Shown: positions 1 to 9,526 of the stretch, piece after piece
How positions within the stretch are numbered: position 1 is the first letter of the stretch
Layout of the letters: every line of letters starts with the position of its first letter
From: an uncultured Verrucomicrobiae bacterium
GTDB taxonomy: Bacteria > Verrucomicrobiota > Verrucomicrobiia > Chthoniobacterales > UBA10450
DNA: 64,000 bases
NCBI GenBank assembly: GCA_963726745.1
Contig: CAVSDR010000004.1
Span: 128,001 to 192,000 of the forward strand
Reading direction: 5' to 3'
Made by a program: the position numbers and the translations under genes
The notes under the pieces: model-generated
Told to the model about the DNA's origin: nothing
The model's database searches: none
What the model saw: only the letters and a program-made list of their open reading frames with translations

Positions 1-490
1 GCAAACCGCCGAGCTGCGCGCGGATCGCCGCCGCCTCTTGATCCGGCACGATGAGCGCGGCCAGCACCTGCTGCGCCGCCGCGGCCACTCCGCGATCGTT
101 GATGCCCGGTCGTTCCTGCGCCAGGCGCCGGAGCGCGGCGTAGACTTCCTCCGGCCGGACCGCGCTTGCCAGCCGCGTCGCGCCGAAAATGTCGGTAAAA
201 TGCCACGGCTTCTCGGGCAAGGGAGACGCGCAGGGATCCGCGCCTTCGTCCTTCGGCGTGCGGGTGGAATCCGAGAGCAGCGGATCGCACAGGATGTGCG
301 CGGCCAGCCGATGCGCCCCGGGGCCGAGCGTGGGCGCGACCGTCTGGAAAGTCAGCGCGAGCGCGTTGGCTAAATTTTTCCCGCGCAAGCTGAGCGCCGC
401 CGAGCCCATCTGCACGAGCACGGTAACGAACAGACTCGCCACCGTCATGATGAGGACGAAGGCGATGAGGGTGTCCAGGCTTTGCAGCAT
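1..490 (-). CDS. Membrane-anchored hypothetical protein (3' end runs off the window)
   Basis: Manual translation from the ATG at 490: MLQSLDTLIAFVLIMTVASLFVTVLVQMGSAALSLRGKNLANAL... It has an N-terminal TM helix and stays open to the window edge. Absent from the ORF track because it has no stop. Confidence 0.75.
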   Translation of the reverse strand, partial: MLQSLDTLIAFVLIMTVASLFVTVLVQMGSAALSLRGKNLANALALTFQTVAPTLGPGAHRLAAHILCDPLLSDSTRTPKDEGADPCASPLPEKPWHFTDIFGATRLASAVRPEEVYAALRRLAQERPGINDRGVAAAAQQVLAALIVPDQEAAAIRAQLGGL

Positions 491-596
491 GGGGGATGCT
501 TTCCGGAGGCCCGAGATTGGCCGGAGAGGACGGCTTCGACAAGGCGGAAATGGCAGCGCGCCGTCCGGAGGCAACCGGCAAACGAATAGCTGGGCA

Positions 597-875
597 ATGA
601 AAGCTACCTGGAATGAGGCCGTCCTGGCCGAAAGCAACGACACCGTGATCGTGGAGGGGAACCATTATTTCCCAGCCGATTCCCTGCGCCGGGAACATCT
701 GCGCGCCAGCGCAACGCAGACGGTTTGCCCGTGGAAGGGCACCGCGAGCTATTACGACATCGTCATCGGCGACGCGGTGAACCGAGACGCGGCCTGGTAT
801 TACTCCGAGCCGAAAGCAGCGGCTGCGGAAATCCAAGGTCGCGTCGCCTTTTGGCGGGGTGTGATCGTGTCGTAA
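597..875 (+). CDS. DUF427 (nucleotidyltransferase-like) protein
   Basis: MKATWNEAVLAES...VEGNHYFP...CPWKGTASYY...AAWYY...GRVAFW family motifs. Confidence 0.9.
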   Translation: MKATWNEAVLAESNDTVIVEGNHYFPADSLRREHLRASATQTVCPWKGTASYYDIVIGDAVNRDAAWYYSEPKAAAAEIQGRVAFWRGVIVS

Positions 876-948
876 CGACCAAAATCCACGGGCGCGCGGA
901 GGAAAAGCGAGGCCTCATCCAACCTCGCCGCGGGGCAGGCGCGAAGTA

Positions 949-3900
949 ATGGTTAGCTCTCTCGGGAGCACAACCCAGCAACCCCTCCTTCCCATGCAAA
1001 CACCCCCCGTGTCTCGCGTCGGCGGCCAGCGTCTCCTTGCTGCCTGCCTCCTCTCCAGCCTGCTCCTCGGCAGCGCCTCGCTCTTCGCCGGTCCAGCGCG
1101 CAGCGCGCCGGATTCCTCCGCCCAAGCCCGCCGCGTCCCGACGCCCGAGGGCAATGTCGGCACGCAGGATGTGGCTGCCTGCTTGAACGCCCCGGTCGTC
1201 GTGGTGACCGATCCCGCGGGCGATCAAGGCGTGGCCAATCCCCCGCAATCCGACATTCTCTCGATCGCCCTCGGAGAGGACTACCGTTACATCGGCTCGC
1301 CGCGGCTAGTGATTGTCCTCAAGGTCGCGAACCTTTCCACCGTCCCGGCGAATGAGTTCTGGCGGGTCCGCTTCACGAACGGCGCGACCACCTACTACGT
1401 CTCGATGATGTCCGACGCGAGCGGCGGAACGAATTTCGAATACGGCACGCAAGCGGGGAACCTCGTCACCACGGTTGGCGGACTGGAGGCGGCATCGTTT
1501 AATGCCGACGGCACCATCACGATGGTGATCGCCCTGAGCAAAATCAGCGCCGGCCCCGGGACCGGACTCACTGCGATCAACGCCGTCACGCAAATGAATG
1601 TCGGTGGCACGCTTTTCCTGGGGCAGGATTCCACCAGCAACGGCACCTACACCGTGGGCAATCAGGCGGCTAGCTGCACGCCCATCCCGCTGCCTACCGG
1701 CGGCACTGCGACCTACCTTAAGGGCGGGATCACCTTCAGCCCCAGCTATGCTTTGCGCGCGCCCTACATCGGGCAGGATGTCGAGCCGAGCATTCGCACG
1801 GATAAGTTTGGCAACACCTACGTCGCCCCGATTCGCGGCGTTCCGGCCGGGACCGACCTCTTCTACTTCGACCTGCGGCCAACCGTCGGCGGCAATCCCA
1901 ACCCGAACTACGATCCCCTCATGCGGAACCCGCAATATCGCGGGCAACCGGACTCGATCACCGGTTCGCAAGACGTGGTCGTGGGCGGAGATGGCGGGGG
2001 CGATGTCGACATGGCGGTCGCCTTTCCGACCGAAGCGGTGGAGAACCCGGCGACGCCGCCAGCCTTGGCCTACAGCAGCCTGGTGCTGGCAAATATCTCG
2101 TCGCAGCGCTCGACCGATCGCGGCGCGACCTTCCTGAAAAATCCCTCGGGCAATGTCACCGGCGGCATTCCCGGGGATGACCGCCAATGGATGGAATTTT
2201 TCGGCAGCCAGTATTGTTACCTGATCTACCGCACGCTCGCGCCCGCCGTCGCGCAGGTGCAGCGCTCGGTCGACATGGGCCTCACTTACGGCAACACCAC
2301 CGTGGTCGGAACCATTGGGCAGGTCGGCGGCGTGGACGTGGATCAAAACGACGGCACGGTTTACCTGAGCGGGAGCAACGGCGTGGTCGCGGTCGGCATT
2401 CCGCCGGTCCCAGGGCCTCCGGGGCCGACCAGCCTTCCGCCGGCGAGTTACACGGTGCACAACGTTGCTGGCACCGGGAACGCGCACCTCTTCTTCACCG
2501 TGAAAGTCGCGAGCGACGGGACGGTTTACGCCTGCTACTCCAACGACCACGACATCTATATTAAGTTCTCGCAGGACAAGGGGAACACTTGGTCGCCTGC
2601 GATCCGCGTGAGCGACGGAATGGAGACTTTGACTGCGGTGTTCCCATGGCTGGAAACTGGGCCTACCCCCGGCACCATCGGCGTCGTCTGGTATGGCAGC
2701 GACAAGGCGACGACCGGCGACGATAGCGCCAACTGGCATGTCTTCTACGCCCTGGGCACCAATGTCCTCACAGCGCCGGTCTTCCGGCAGGCGGAAGCCG
2801 GCGATCATGTGATCCACGGCGCGAATATTTCCGAAGCCGGCTTGGTGGTCGGTGGGATGTCGCCGAATCGCAATCTTGCTGACTACTTCCAGATCTCCTT
2901 CGATCCTACGGGCGCAGCGGTGATCGCTTTTTGCGATGATCACAATGACATCAGCGGCCATACTTACGTGACCCGGCAGATCAGCGGGCCTGGAGTCAAC
3001 AATGGCGCCGCCGTTCCGACACCGGTCGAGGGTAGCGCGCTCCCCGGACCGGCCTATGAGCCGCTCCCGACTGCGGCAAGCGTCGGCGGCATTCCCGGCT
3101 CTCAAGTGACCGATTTCCGGCACGACGTGCGCACCGGCGGCAATCCCCAGACTGGCGGCATCGTCGTTCTGGCAGCGGACGACGCGACCGATATTCTCTC
3201 GGTGCTTTATTCAACCGAAGGGACCAGCGTCGCGCCTGTTTTGGTCGCAACCATGGCTGTCTCCGATCTCACCGCGATCCCCCCAACAACCAACTGGCGC
3301 ATCCATTTTGCCGCTAATGTTCCGGAATCGATCCTGAGTCCCACCGGCGAATACACTTTCGGCATCTCCGATCGGGGCGACCAATTTTACCTCCGTGCGA
3401 GCACCGATAGCGCGGGCGCGCAGACCTTTGTCTACGGCAAGGCGGTGCGGAATTTTGACGGCAGCATCACCTACACGGATCTGGGCGCGGCCGACAGCGG
3501 CGCCTTCGATCAAACCGCCAAGACGATCACCATGAAAGTCGCTGTCAGTAAGCTGAACGCCGCTCTTCCCAGCGGGCACAGCCCGCTGGCTCTCGGATCA
3601 ATCCTCGCCGGCCTGCGCGCGACCACTTACACCACGGCACAAGGCAGTGGCAATAATCGCACCGACACCGCGCGCGGCGGCACCCAATATCCGCTGAGCT
3701 TCCCAGTCCAGCCGGTTAGCGCCGCTTCCGTGAAGTCTCACACCGGCGGGGTGAACTACAGCATCGACCTGCCATTGACGGGCCCGCCGGGAATTGAATG
3801 CCGCCGCGGCGGCAGCACCGGCGACTACACCGTGGTCGTCACCTACCCGGAGAACCTAACGAGTGTAACCGGCGCCAGCGTCACTTCCGGTGTAGGCAAA

Positions 3901-4221
3901 GTCACCAGCGGCGCAGTCGGCAGCGATCCTCATACCTATGTGGTCAACCTCACGGGCGTCACCACCAACCAGGTGGTCAATATCGGGCTGCATAACGTCG
4001 CCGATGCCACCGGCCGCTTTAGCAGCTTGAACACGATCCCGCTGCGCGTCCTTGTAGGCGACACCAACGGCGATGGTTTCGTCAATGCGGGCGACACCAC
4101 GCAGACGCGCGATCGCTCCGGGCAGTTGGTTAGCCCCACGAACTTCCGCTCCGATGTGAACACCGACGGCGTGATCAACAGCGGCGATAGCACGATCGTG
4201 CGGAATAACGCCGGCGGCTAG
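949..4221 (+). CDS. Large secreted protein: sialidase-like/Asp-box propeller region with C-terminal dockerin-like domain
   Basis: Signal-like hydrophobic stretch; Asp boxes (RSTDRGATF, RSVDMGLTY, FSQDKGNTW); C-terminal GDTNGDGFVNAGD and SDVNTDGVINSGD Ca-binding repeats. True start uncertain. Confidence 0.75.
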   Translation: MVSSLGSTTQQPLLPMQTPPVSRVGGQRLLAACLLSSLLLGSASLFAGPARSAPDSSAQARRVPTPEGNVGTQDVAACLNAPVVVVTDPAGDQGVANPPQSDILSIALGEDYRYIGSPRLVIVLKVANLSTVPANEFWRVRFTNGATTYYVSMMSDASGGTNFEYGTQAGNLVTTVGGLEAASFNADGTITMVIALSKISAGPGTGLTAINAVTQMNVGGTLFLGQDSTSNGTYTVGNQAASCTPIPLPTGGTATYLKGGITFSPSYALRAPYIGQDVEPSIRTDKFGNTYVAPIRGVPAGTDLFYFDLRPTVGGNPNPNYDPLMRNPQYRGQPDSITGSQDVVVGGDGGGDVDMAVAFPTEAVENPATPPALAYSSLVLANISSQRSTDRGATFLKNPSGNVTGGIPGDDRQWMEFFGSQYCYLIYRTLAPAVAQVQRSVDMGLTYGNTTVVGTIGQVGGVDVDQNDGTVYLSGSNGVVAVGIPPVPGPPGPTSLPPASYTVHNVAGTGNAHLFFTVKVASDGTVYACYSNDHDIYIKFSQDKGNTWSPAIRVSDGMETLTAVFPWLETGPTPGTIGVVWYGSDKATTGDDSANWHVFYALGTNVLTAPVFRQAEAGDHVIHGANISEAGLVVGGMSPNRNLADYFQISFDPTGAAVIAFCDDHNDISGHTYVTRQISGPGVNNGAAVPTPVEGSALPGPAYEPLPTAASVGGIPGSQVTDFRHDVRTGGNPQTGGIVVLAADDATDILSVLYSTEGTSVAPVLVATMAVSDLTAIPPTTNWRIHFAANVPESILSPTGEYTFGISDRGDQFYLRASTDSAGAQTFVYGKAVRNFDGSITYTDLGAADSGAFDQTAKTITMKVAVSKLNAALPSGHSPLALGSILAGLRATTYTTAQGSGNNRTDTARGGTQYPLSFPVQPVSAASVKSHTGGVNYSIDLPLTGPPGIECRRGGSTGDYTVVVTYPENLTSVTGASVTSGVGKVTSGAVGSDPHTYVVNLTGVTTNQVVNIGLHNVADATGRFSSLNTIPLRVLVGDTNGDGFVNAGDTTQTRDRSGQLVSPTNFRSDVNTDGVINSGDSTIVRNNAGG

Positions 4222-5798
4222 TGCGCTGCGATCGGGCCGACCGGTCGGCGAACCTTCTTGAAGAGCAGCACCAGCGGCGCGCTTAGCAGGCAGGTCAGCG
4301 CGAAGAGCTGGAAGTTCTGCACGTAGCTAACGAGTGCTGCCTGTTGCTGGAGCAGGCCGTAGAGCACCCGCGGCGCCTGTTGCATCGCCTGCCAGTCGCC
4401 GCCGCTCCGGGCCAGCGCGGCGTGCGCCTGTTGCAGGCGCTCCTGCACCAGCGGGTTAAACGGCGACAGGTGCGACGAAAGGATCGCCTGGTTCGCCTGC
4501 GCCCCACGCGCCACCAAGGTCGTGATCATGGCAATGCCAACGCTCCCGCCAACGTTGCGCATGAGATTGAAGATACCGGAAGCGTTCCCGATTTGCTCCT
4601 GCGAGAGCGTCCCCATGGTAGCCGTGGTCAACGGAACGAAGATCAAACTAATCGCCACCCCGCTGATGATGATCGGGATGATGATGCTGCTCATGCCGAT
4701 GTTGAGATTGATTTTCCCAAGCATGAAACAGGCGTAGCCCAGCAGGAGAAAACCGGCCCCGATGAGCATGCGGCTGCTGACTTTGCCGACGAGACGGCCG
4801 ACGATCAAAGTCATGAGCAGAGCCCCGATGCCGCGCGGGCTCATGGCAATGCCGGCTTCAAGCGCGGTGTAGTGCAGCAGGTTTTGCATGAAGAGCGGGA
4901 GGATCGCGGTCGTTCCGTAAAGCAACGCGCCCAGCAGTAGGATCAACGCGGAGCCGACTGCGAAATTGCGATTTCGGAGCACGCGCAGGTCGACGATCGG
5001 GAACTTCGTCTTCAACTCGCGCACGAGGAAGCCGATGAACGCCGCTCCCGAAATCACCGCGCACCAAACGATCGTCCGCGAGCTGAACCAATCGAGCTCC
5101 TGGCCCTTATCGAGCAGGTATTGCAATGTCGCCAGCCAGATGCCGAGCAGGCCGAAGCCGACATAATCGATGTTCGTCGCCGAGATCCGCTTCAAATAAG
5201 CCGGGTCTTCCACGACCGCGTTCGCCATCAGGACCGCGAGCGCGCCGATCGGCAGGTTAATGTAAAAGATCCAGCGCCAGGAATAATTGTCCGTGATCCA
5301 GCCGCCTAAAGTCGGGCCGAGGATCGGCGCCACGACCACGCCCATGGCGAAGACCGCCATCGCCGCGCCCCGTTTTTGCGGCGGGAAACTCTCGAGCAAA
5401 ATAGCCTGCGAAATCGGCTGGAGCGCACCGCCGCCCGCGCCCTGGAGGACGCGCGCGAGGATGAGAAACCCGAGGCTGCCGGCCACCCCGCAGAGCGCCG
5501 AGGCAAAAGTAAACAGCAAGATGCAACCGATGAGGAACCGCTTCCGCCCGAAGAGTTGCCCGAGCCAGTTGGTCGCCGGGAGAATGATCGCATTCGCCAC
5601 CAGGTAGCTGGTTAAAACCCACGTCGCCTCATCGGTCGAGGCCGAGAGATTGCCGGCAATATGCGGCAGCGAAACGTTGGCCACCGAGGTGTCGAGCACC
5701 TCCATGAACGTCGCCAGCATGACCGCGATCGCGATCAGCCAGGGATTGTGCGCCGGAGGCGCCCACGGCGGCGCGGCACTGGAGGCGTTTGCCGCCAT
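4218..5798 (-). CDS. emrB: DHA2 family MFS efflux permease (EmrB/QacA)
   Basis: MEVLDTSVANVSLPHIAGNL, WVLTSYLVAN, WRWIFYINLPIG; about 14 TM segments. Confidence 0.93.
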   Translation of the reverse strand: MAANASSAAPPWAPPAHNPWLIAIAVMLATFMEVLDTSVANVSLPHIAGNLSASTDEATWVLTSYLVANAIILPATNWLGQLFGRKRFLIGCILLFTFASALCGVAGSLGFLILARVLQGAGGGALQPISQAILLESFPPQKRGAAMAVFAMGVVVAPILGPTLGGWITDNYSWRWIFYINLPIGALAVLMANAVVEDPAYLKRISATNIDYVGFGLLGIWLATLQYLLDKGQELDWFSSRTIVWCAVISGAAFIGFLVRELKTKFPIVDLRVLRNRNFAVGSALILLLGALLYGTTAILPLFMQNLLHYTALEAGIAMSPRGIGALLMTLIVGRLVGKVSSRMLIGAGFLLLGYACFMLGKINLNIGMSSIIIPIIISGVAISLIFVPLTTATMGTLSQEQIGNASGIFNLMRNVGGSVGIAMITTLVARGAQANQAILSSHLSPFNPLVQERLQQAHAALARSGGDWQAMQQAPRVLYGLLQQQAALVSYVQNFQLFALTCLLSAPLVLLFKKVRRPVGPIAAH

Positions 5799-7055
5799 TT
5801 AATGCGCACGCCCGACGCGCCCCAACCAAAGACCCGCGCCGATCACCACCGCGGCGATGGCCACAAACGCGATCCCCGCGACCACCAGCACCACACCCAT
5901 CCCGTCGCCTATTTTCACGTCCGGGACCGCAGACATTCCCGGCCCGAGCACACGCCCGATCTCCGGTTGATCGTCGAAGACGATCTTCACCGGCACGCGC
6001 TGGACGACTTTCACGAAATTCCCGGTCGCATTCTCCGCCGGGAGCAAACTAAAACGCGCCCCGCTGCCGGCCTGGATGCTCTCCACGTGCCCGCGAAATT
6101 CCTGCGCCGGGTAGGCGTCGACCGCGATCGTGGCCGGCTGCCCGGCGCGAATGTTCGCGAGTTGCGTTTCTTTGAAATTCGCGGTCACCCAGCGTTGCGG
6201 CGTCACCAGCGCGAGCAGGTTTTGCCCCACTTGCACATAGGCGCCGGCCTCCACCGCTTTTGTGGTCACACGCCCGTCTTCCGGCGCGGTGAGAGTCGCG
6301 TATGACGATTGCAATTCCGCCTGTCGCGCGGCCGCCTCAGCTTCCGTCACTCCGGCCTTCGCCGCGTCCACCTGCACGTGCGCGGCCTCGGCCTGCTTCT
6401 CCGCTTCCTTCAAGAACGCCGCGGCCGCATCCATCTGCTTTTTCTTCGCGCTCAGAGTCGATTGCGAGGCCTCGAGGTCGATCGATGAGTGCTCAAAGTC
6501 CTGCCGCGAGATCGCGCCGCTCGCGATCAGTTCCTGGTTCCGCTGGAGATCGCCGCGCTGCTTCTTTGTGTCCGCCGCAGCCGCATCGGTGCTCGCGCCG
6601 GCCGCTTCGTAACCGGCATGCAGGGTCTGCAGGTGCGCGTCCGCCTGCTCGGCACCGGCGACGGCATTGCGCTCCTTGGCCTTCGCTACCTCGACCGCGG
6701 CGCGGCGTTGCGCGAGCGTCGCCTCCGCATCCGCGGGATCGATCTCCACCAGCGGGTCGCCCCGTTTCACTTCCTGGTTGTCGCCCACCTGCACCGCGGT
6801 CACGCGCCCGGCAATCTTCGGCGCGATCGCAATGATGTGTCCGTCGATGAAAGCGTCGTCTGTCGACTCGTGAGTGAAGGAATGGACGAGCGCAAACGCC
6901 CCGCAAACGATTCCCACCACAAGTAAGGTCGCGGCCACGAGCACAAGCCACGGCCGATGAAACAACGGCACCTTCCCGGCCGGCGCGGGCGTTTCCGCGA
7001 GTGGCCGGCGGTTCTTCTCCGCCGGAGCTTCCACGGTTGTTTCGAGCACGCTCAT
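5799..7055 (-). CDS. emrA: HlyD/EmrA family efflux membrane-fusion protein
   Basis: ESTDDAF, ANFKETQL, GSGARFSLLPAENATGNFVKVVQRVPVKI; ATG overlaps the tetR stop (ATGA). Confidence 0.92.
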   Translation of the reverse strand: MSVLETTVEAPAEKNRRPLAETPAPAGKVPLFHRPWLVLVAATLLVVGIVCGAFALVHSFTHESTDDAFIDGHIIAIAPKIAGRVTAVQVGDNQEVKRGDPLVEIDPADAEATLAQRRAAVEVAKAKERNAVAGAEQADAHLQTLHAGYEAAGASTDAAAADTKKQRGDLQRNQELIASGAISRQDFEHSSIDLEASQSTLSAKKKQMDAAAAFLKEAEKQAEAAHVQVDAAKAGVTEAEAAARQAELQSSYATLTAPEDGRVTTKAVEAGAYVQVGQNLLALVTPQRWVTANFKETQLANIRAGQPATIAVDAYPAQEFRGHVESIQAGSGARFSLLPAENATGNFVKVVQRVPVKIVFDDQPEIGRVLGPGMSAVPDVKIGDGMGVVLVVAGIAFVAIAAVVIGAGLWLGRVGRAH

Positions 7056-7711
7056 TTGGCTTTTCCCTTCACTCCCGCAGTCAATCCGGCGGCGCAAAAT
7101 TCGATCATTCTTCCCAAGGTCTTCTCCACCTCGAGCACGCGACAGCGGCGGCCCGAGGACAACTCCAGCACCCGTCCGTGGGCCACGGTGTGCAGGAAAA
7201 CGCCGTGGGCAAAATGCAGCCGCCAGTGAACTTCATCGCTCGAGAGATACGGCAAGGCGCGTCGGATGGCCGCGTGGAAACGCCGATTTTTTTCCGCGAA
7301 TTCCTCCACCACCAGCGGCTCCAGCAGATCGCCCGGCTCCGATAATATTTGCCCGAGCAAGCGAATGAAAAAGCGGCCGCTCTTCGCCCCGCGCAGCGCC
7401 AACTCGGTCGGCGGGCGAAAGAGCGCCTCGAGAATTTTCTCCACCGGCAGCGCCTGCCCCCCGGCCGCCGCCTCGAAGCGGTCGAGCAGCGCCAGGCGTT
7501 GCGCATTCAACGGCTGCATCCGCCGGCGCAGGACCGCCAGGATAAGCGCATCCTTCGATTCGAAATGGTAGTTCACCGCGCCGAGGTTGGCCGCGGCCGC
7601 GCTCGTGATCGCGCGCAGCGAAGTGGCGCGAAAACCATGGGCTGCGAAGAGGCGCTCGGCTGCGTCGAGCACCGCGCGCTTCGTTTGGGGCTTCTCGCTC
7701 AGGACCGGCAT
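7052..7711 (-). CDS. TetR/AcrR family transcriptional regulator
   Basis: N-terminal HTH LDAAERLFAAHGF...NLGAVNYHFESK; first gene of the efflux operon. Confidence 0.92.
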   Translation of the reverse strand: MPVLSEKPQTKRAVLDAAERLFAAHGFRATSLRAITSAAAANLGAVNYHFESKDALILAVLRRRMQPLNAQRLALLDRFEAAAGGQALPVEKILEALFRPPTELALRGAKSGRFFIRLLGQILSEPGDLLEPLVVEEFAEKNRRFHAAIRRALPYLSSDEVHWRLHFAHGVFLHTVAHGRVLELSSGRRCRVLEVEKTLGRMIEFCAAGLTAGVKGKAK

Positions 7712-7725
7712 CAGGGCGCAGCCTA

Positions 7726-7745
7726 ATTCATACGTTCGTATGAAT
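7726..7745. promoter_or_regulatory. Palindromic operator, likely for the TetR regulator
   Basis: Perfect inverted repeat ATTCATACG-TT-CGTATGAAT about 15 bp upstream of the tetR ATG. Confidence 0.7.
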
Positions 7746-7792
7746 CAAATCCGGCCAAAGCGCCGCCCCGCTGCCTTCGTGCTCCCGCGGCA

Positions 7793-9388
7793 TTAGCCGG
7801 CCGCTTCGCCCGCGCGCACTGTTGCCAGCACTTTCTGCGCGGCGTTATGCCCCGGGATGCCGCTGACCGCCCCGCCCCGGCGCGCGCTCGAGCCGCACAG
7901 GAAAAGATTCCGCCACTCCGTTTCCACGCCCCAGGTGCCCGCTTCCTCCGGCTTTTCCGCAAAGGGAAAGCTGGGCGCATCCTGGAAGATATTCCCGTGG
8001 TAAAGCCCTAACGAGTCCTCCAGGTCGACCGGGCTCTTGCTTTCGAGGCAGAGGCTGCGGTCGCGCGCTTCCGCGAGGCAACTCTCGAGCGGTTCCTCCA
8101 GCCACTGGTCCATGCTCGCGAGGAAGCGCCGTTCCGCCAGCCGCCGCTGGTGGACGTTGTCGCGCGCAAACAGGCTCCAGGGCGTATCCAGCCCGAAGAG
8201 CGTGAGCGTGTGGAAGCCCTGCGCGCGCAGCTCCGGCGAGAGGATGCTGTCGTCCGTGAGCGTGTGGCAATAGACCTCGCCCGGCGGACGCTCCGGCAGG
8301 CGCCCTTTGGCCGCCTGCTCGTAACTCTGGTTCATCTGCTCGTAGCCTTCGTCCGTGTGGAAGGTGCCGCCAAAAGCTTCCTCCGCGGAATAGCCGGCAG
8401 CCTTCAGCTTCGGCAGCCGCCGCAGGAGCATGTTCATCTTGAAGACCGAGCCCTCATCCTCCGCCGCCGGCTGGTAGGGACGGCCGATGAATTTTGCCAG
8501 CACATTGCGGCCGAAGTTTACCAGGAGGAAGCGAGCCTCGACCGTCTGCTGCTGGCCTCGATGGAGGAATTCCACCGCATGCTTCCCGCCATTCACGTGC
8601 AAGCGCTGGAGCGCGATGCTCGTCTCCATCTCCGCGCCCGCCGCGCGCGCGACCCGCTCCAGCTCGCCCGCGACCGCGCCCATCCCGCCGACCGGCACCT
8701 TCCACTCGCCGGTCTTGTTCCCGATCAGGTGATAGAGGAAGCAGCGATTTTGCAGGAGCGAAGGATCGTGCGGATGCGTGAAGACGCCGATCTTCGCGTC
8801 CGTCAGCACCAGTCCGCGGACGAGATCGTCTTGCAGGTAGTGCTCGATCGCGCGCCCGAGCGGTTCCTCCGCCAAAGCTCGCCAGGCGGCGCGCGTTTCG
8901 TCGTTCGCAGCGAAGCGGCGCTCGCAATCCTCCCGCGAAACGAGCGGCTCGAGCAGGCCATCCCAGGTCTGTTCGGCGAAGAGCGCGACCAGCCGGTAAA
9001 AGCGCTTGAGCTGCTCGAACTCGGTCTGGTTGCCGGTGAGCTGATGCATCGAGTGCGCGCTCGCGCTTTCCGAGACGTTGCTCAGGAGCAAACCGGCGTG
9101 TTTGCCGTGACGCACATACGGAGTGAACGATCCGACCGTGCGCCGGCGCAATTCCAGGCGCAGCCCGAGGTCGCGGATGATCTTTTCCGGGAAGAGACTA
9201 ACGAGATACGAATAACGCGAGAGCCAGGCGTCGTAATCGCGGAAAACCTGCTGCGAAGTCGTCGCGCCGCCGAGGTAATCGTTCTTCTCCAGCAACAGCA
9301 CGCTCAAGCCGGCGCGCGCGAGATAAGCCGCGGCGACCAGGCCGTTGTGGCCGGCGCCGAGGATAACGACGTCGTAGTTTGTTCTCAT
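7793..9388 (-). CDS. Phytoene dehydrogenase-like FAD-dependent oxidoreductase
   Basis: YDVVILGAGHNGLVAAAYLA FAD motif, PVGGMGAV, C-terminal GGAVSGIPGHNAA. Confidence 0.88.
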   Translation of the reverse strand: MRTNYDVVILGAGHNGLVAAAYLARAGLSVLLLEKNDYLGGATTSQQVFRDYDAWLSRYSYLVSLFPEKIIRDLGLRLELRRRTVGSFTPYVRHGKHAGLLLSNVSESASAHSMHQLTGNQTEFEQLKRFYRLVALFAEQTWDGLLEPLVSREDCERRFAANDETRAAWRALAEEPLGRAIEHYLQDDLVRGLVLTDAKIGVFTHPHDPSLLQNRCFLYHLIGNKTGEWKVPVGGMGAVAGELERVARAAGAEMETSIALQRLHVNGGKHAVEFLHRGQQQTVEARFLLVNFGRNVLAKFIGRPYQPAAEDEGSVFKMNMLLRRLPKLKAAGYSAEEAFGGTFHTDEGYEQMNQSYEQAAKGRLPERPPGEVYCHTLTDDSILSPELRAQGFHTLTLFGLDTPWSLFARDNVHQRRLAERRFLASMDQWLEEPLESCLAEARDRSLCLESKSPVDLEDSLGLYHGNIFQDAPSFPFAEKPEEAGTWGVETEWRNLFLCGSSARRGGAVSGIPGHNAAQKVLATVRAGEAAG

Positions 9389-9526
9389 GGCCGTGGGAGC
9401 AGCCCACCTGCATACGCAGCGGCGCGCGCCGCGGCCAGAAAAACCCGGACCCGCCGCGGGAATTGACCGCGCGCAGGCGATCTGATATCCCTGCGGTTCG
9501 GCAGCGATATTGAAAAGGAGGTTCCC

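Noticed and set aside
1306..3123. Long antisense ORFs (also 9824-11302, 32832-34466, 53182-54684 and others)
   Set aside because: Typical high-GC shadow ORFs opposite well-supported genes
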